Shown here piece by piece: positions 63,896 to 64,000 of a DNA stretch of 64,000 bases; the first letter of the stretch is position 1, and the number at the start of each line of letters is the position of its first letter. This DNA comes from Lama guanicoe (lineage: Eukaryota). The notes beneath the pieces were generated by a model. It was not told the origin of the DNA. It did no database searches and saw nothing but the letters and a program-made list of their open reading frames with translations. Position numbers and translations under genes: made by a program. Location: positions 8,761,231-8,825,230 of the forward strand of contig MU054187.1 of assembly GCA_013239625.1 (NCBI GenBank). Reading direction: 5' to 3'.

Positions 63896-64000
63896 CTTAC
63901 AGTATATACAATATACTTTATACCACTCTTTGTTATGCCCAGTGTCATCCATTGTCCCTGATCTAGGCTATCTTTCTTTATCCACCTCTTCCCCAACCTA

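Noticed and set aside
1..64000. CRISPR array, prokaryotic operon or defence system, or an intact ERV
   Set aside because: Mammalian repeat landscape with no repeat-spacer array, no long ORFs, and no paired LTRs enclosing gag/pol/env.

Overview
Non-coding mammalian genomic DNA (intergenic or deep intronic), very likely from a camelid. The evidence is a tRNA-Ala-derived Vic-1-type SINE at 60956-61091 and two near-identical young L1 3' ends at 1-120 and about 30590-30902. I find no supportable protein-coding exon, tRNA/rRNA gene or CRISPR array. The only ORFs with recognisable protein motifs are fossils of L1/HAL1 ORF1, L1 ORF2, L2 RT and CR1/L3 RT. Much of the window is decayed transposable elements: L1, L2, L3, MIR, MLT1 LTRs, a MER41-like ERV1 solo LTR with an intact TSD, an LTR78-like element, and Tigger/hAT MITEs, several of them nested. 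Repeat-free islands rich in homeodomain, FOX and STAT motifs may be enhancers. I do not see a new biological system. The best leads are a perfect 41-bp locally templated copy (16873 to 18213), a candidate L1 3' transduction or retrocopy tail (121-375), a long hairpin with two alternative pairing arms (57257-57334), and a local GC/CpG contrast between two same-family MITEs. Repeat family names come from recalled consensus sequences, and boundaries are approximate unless a TSD or TIR is quoted.
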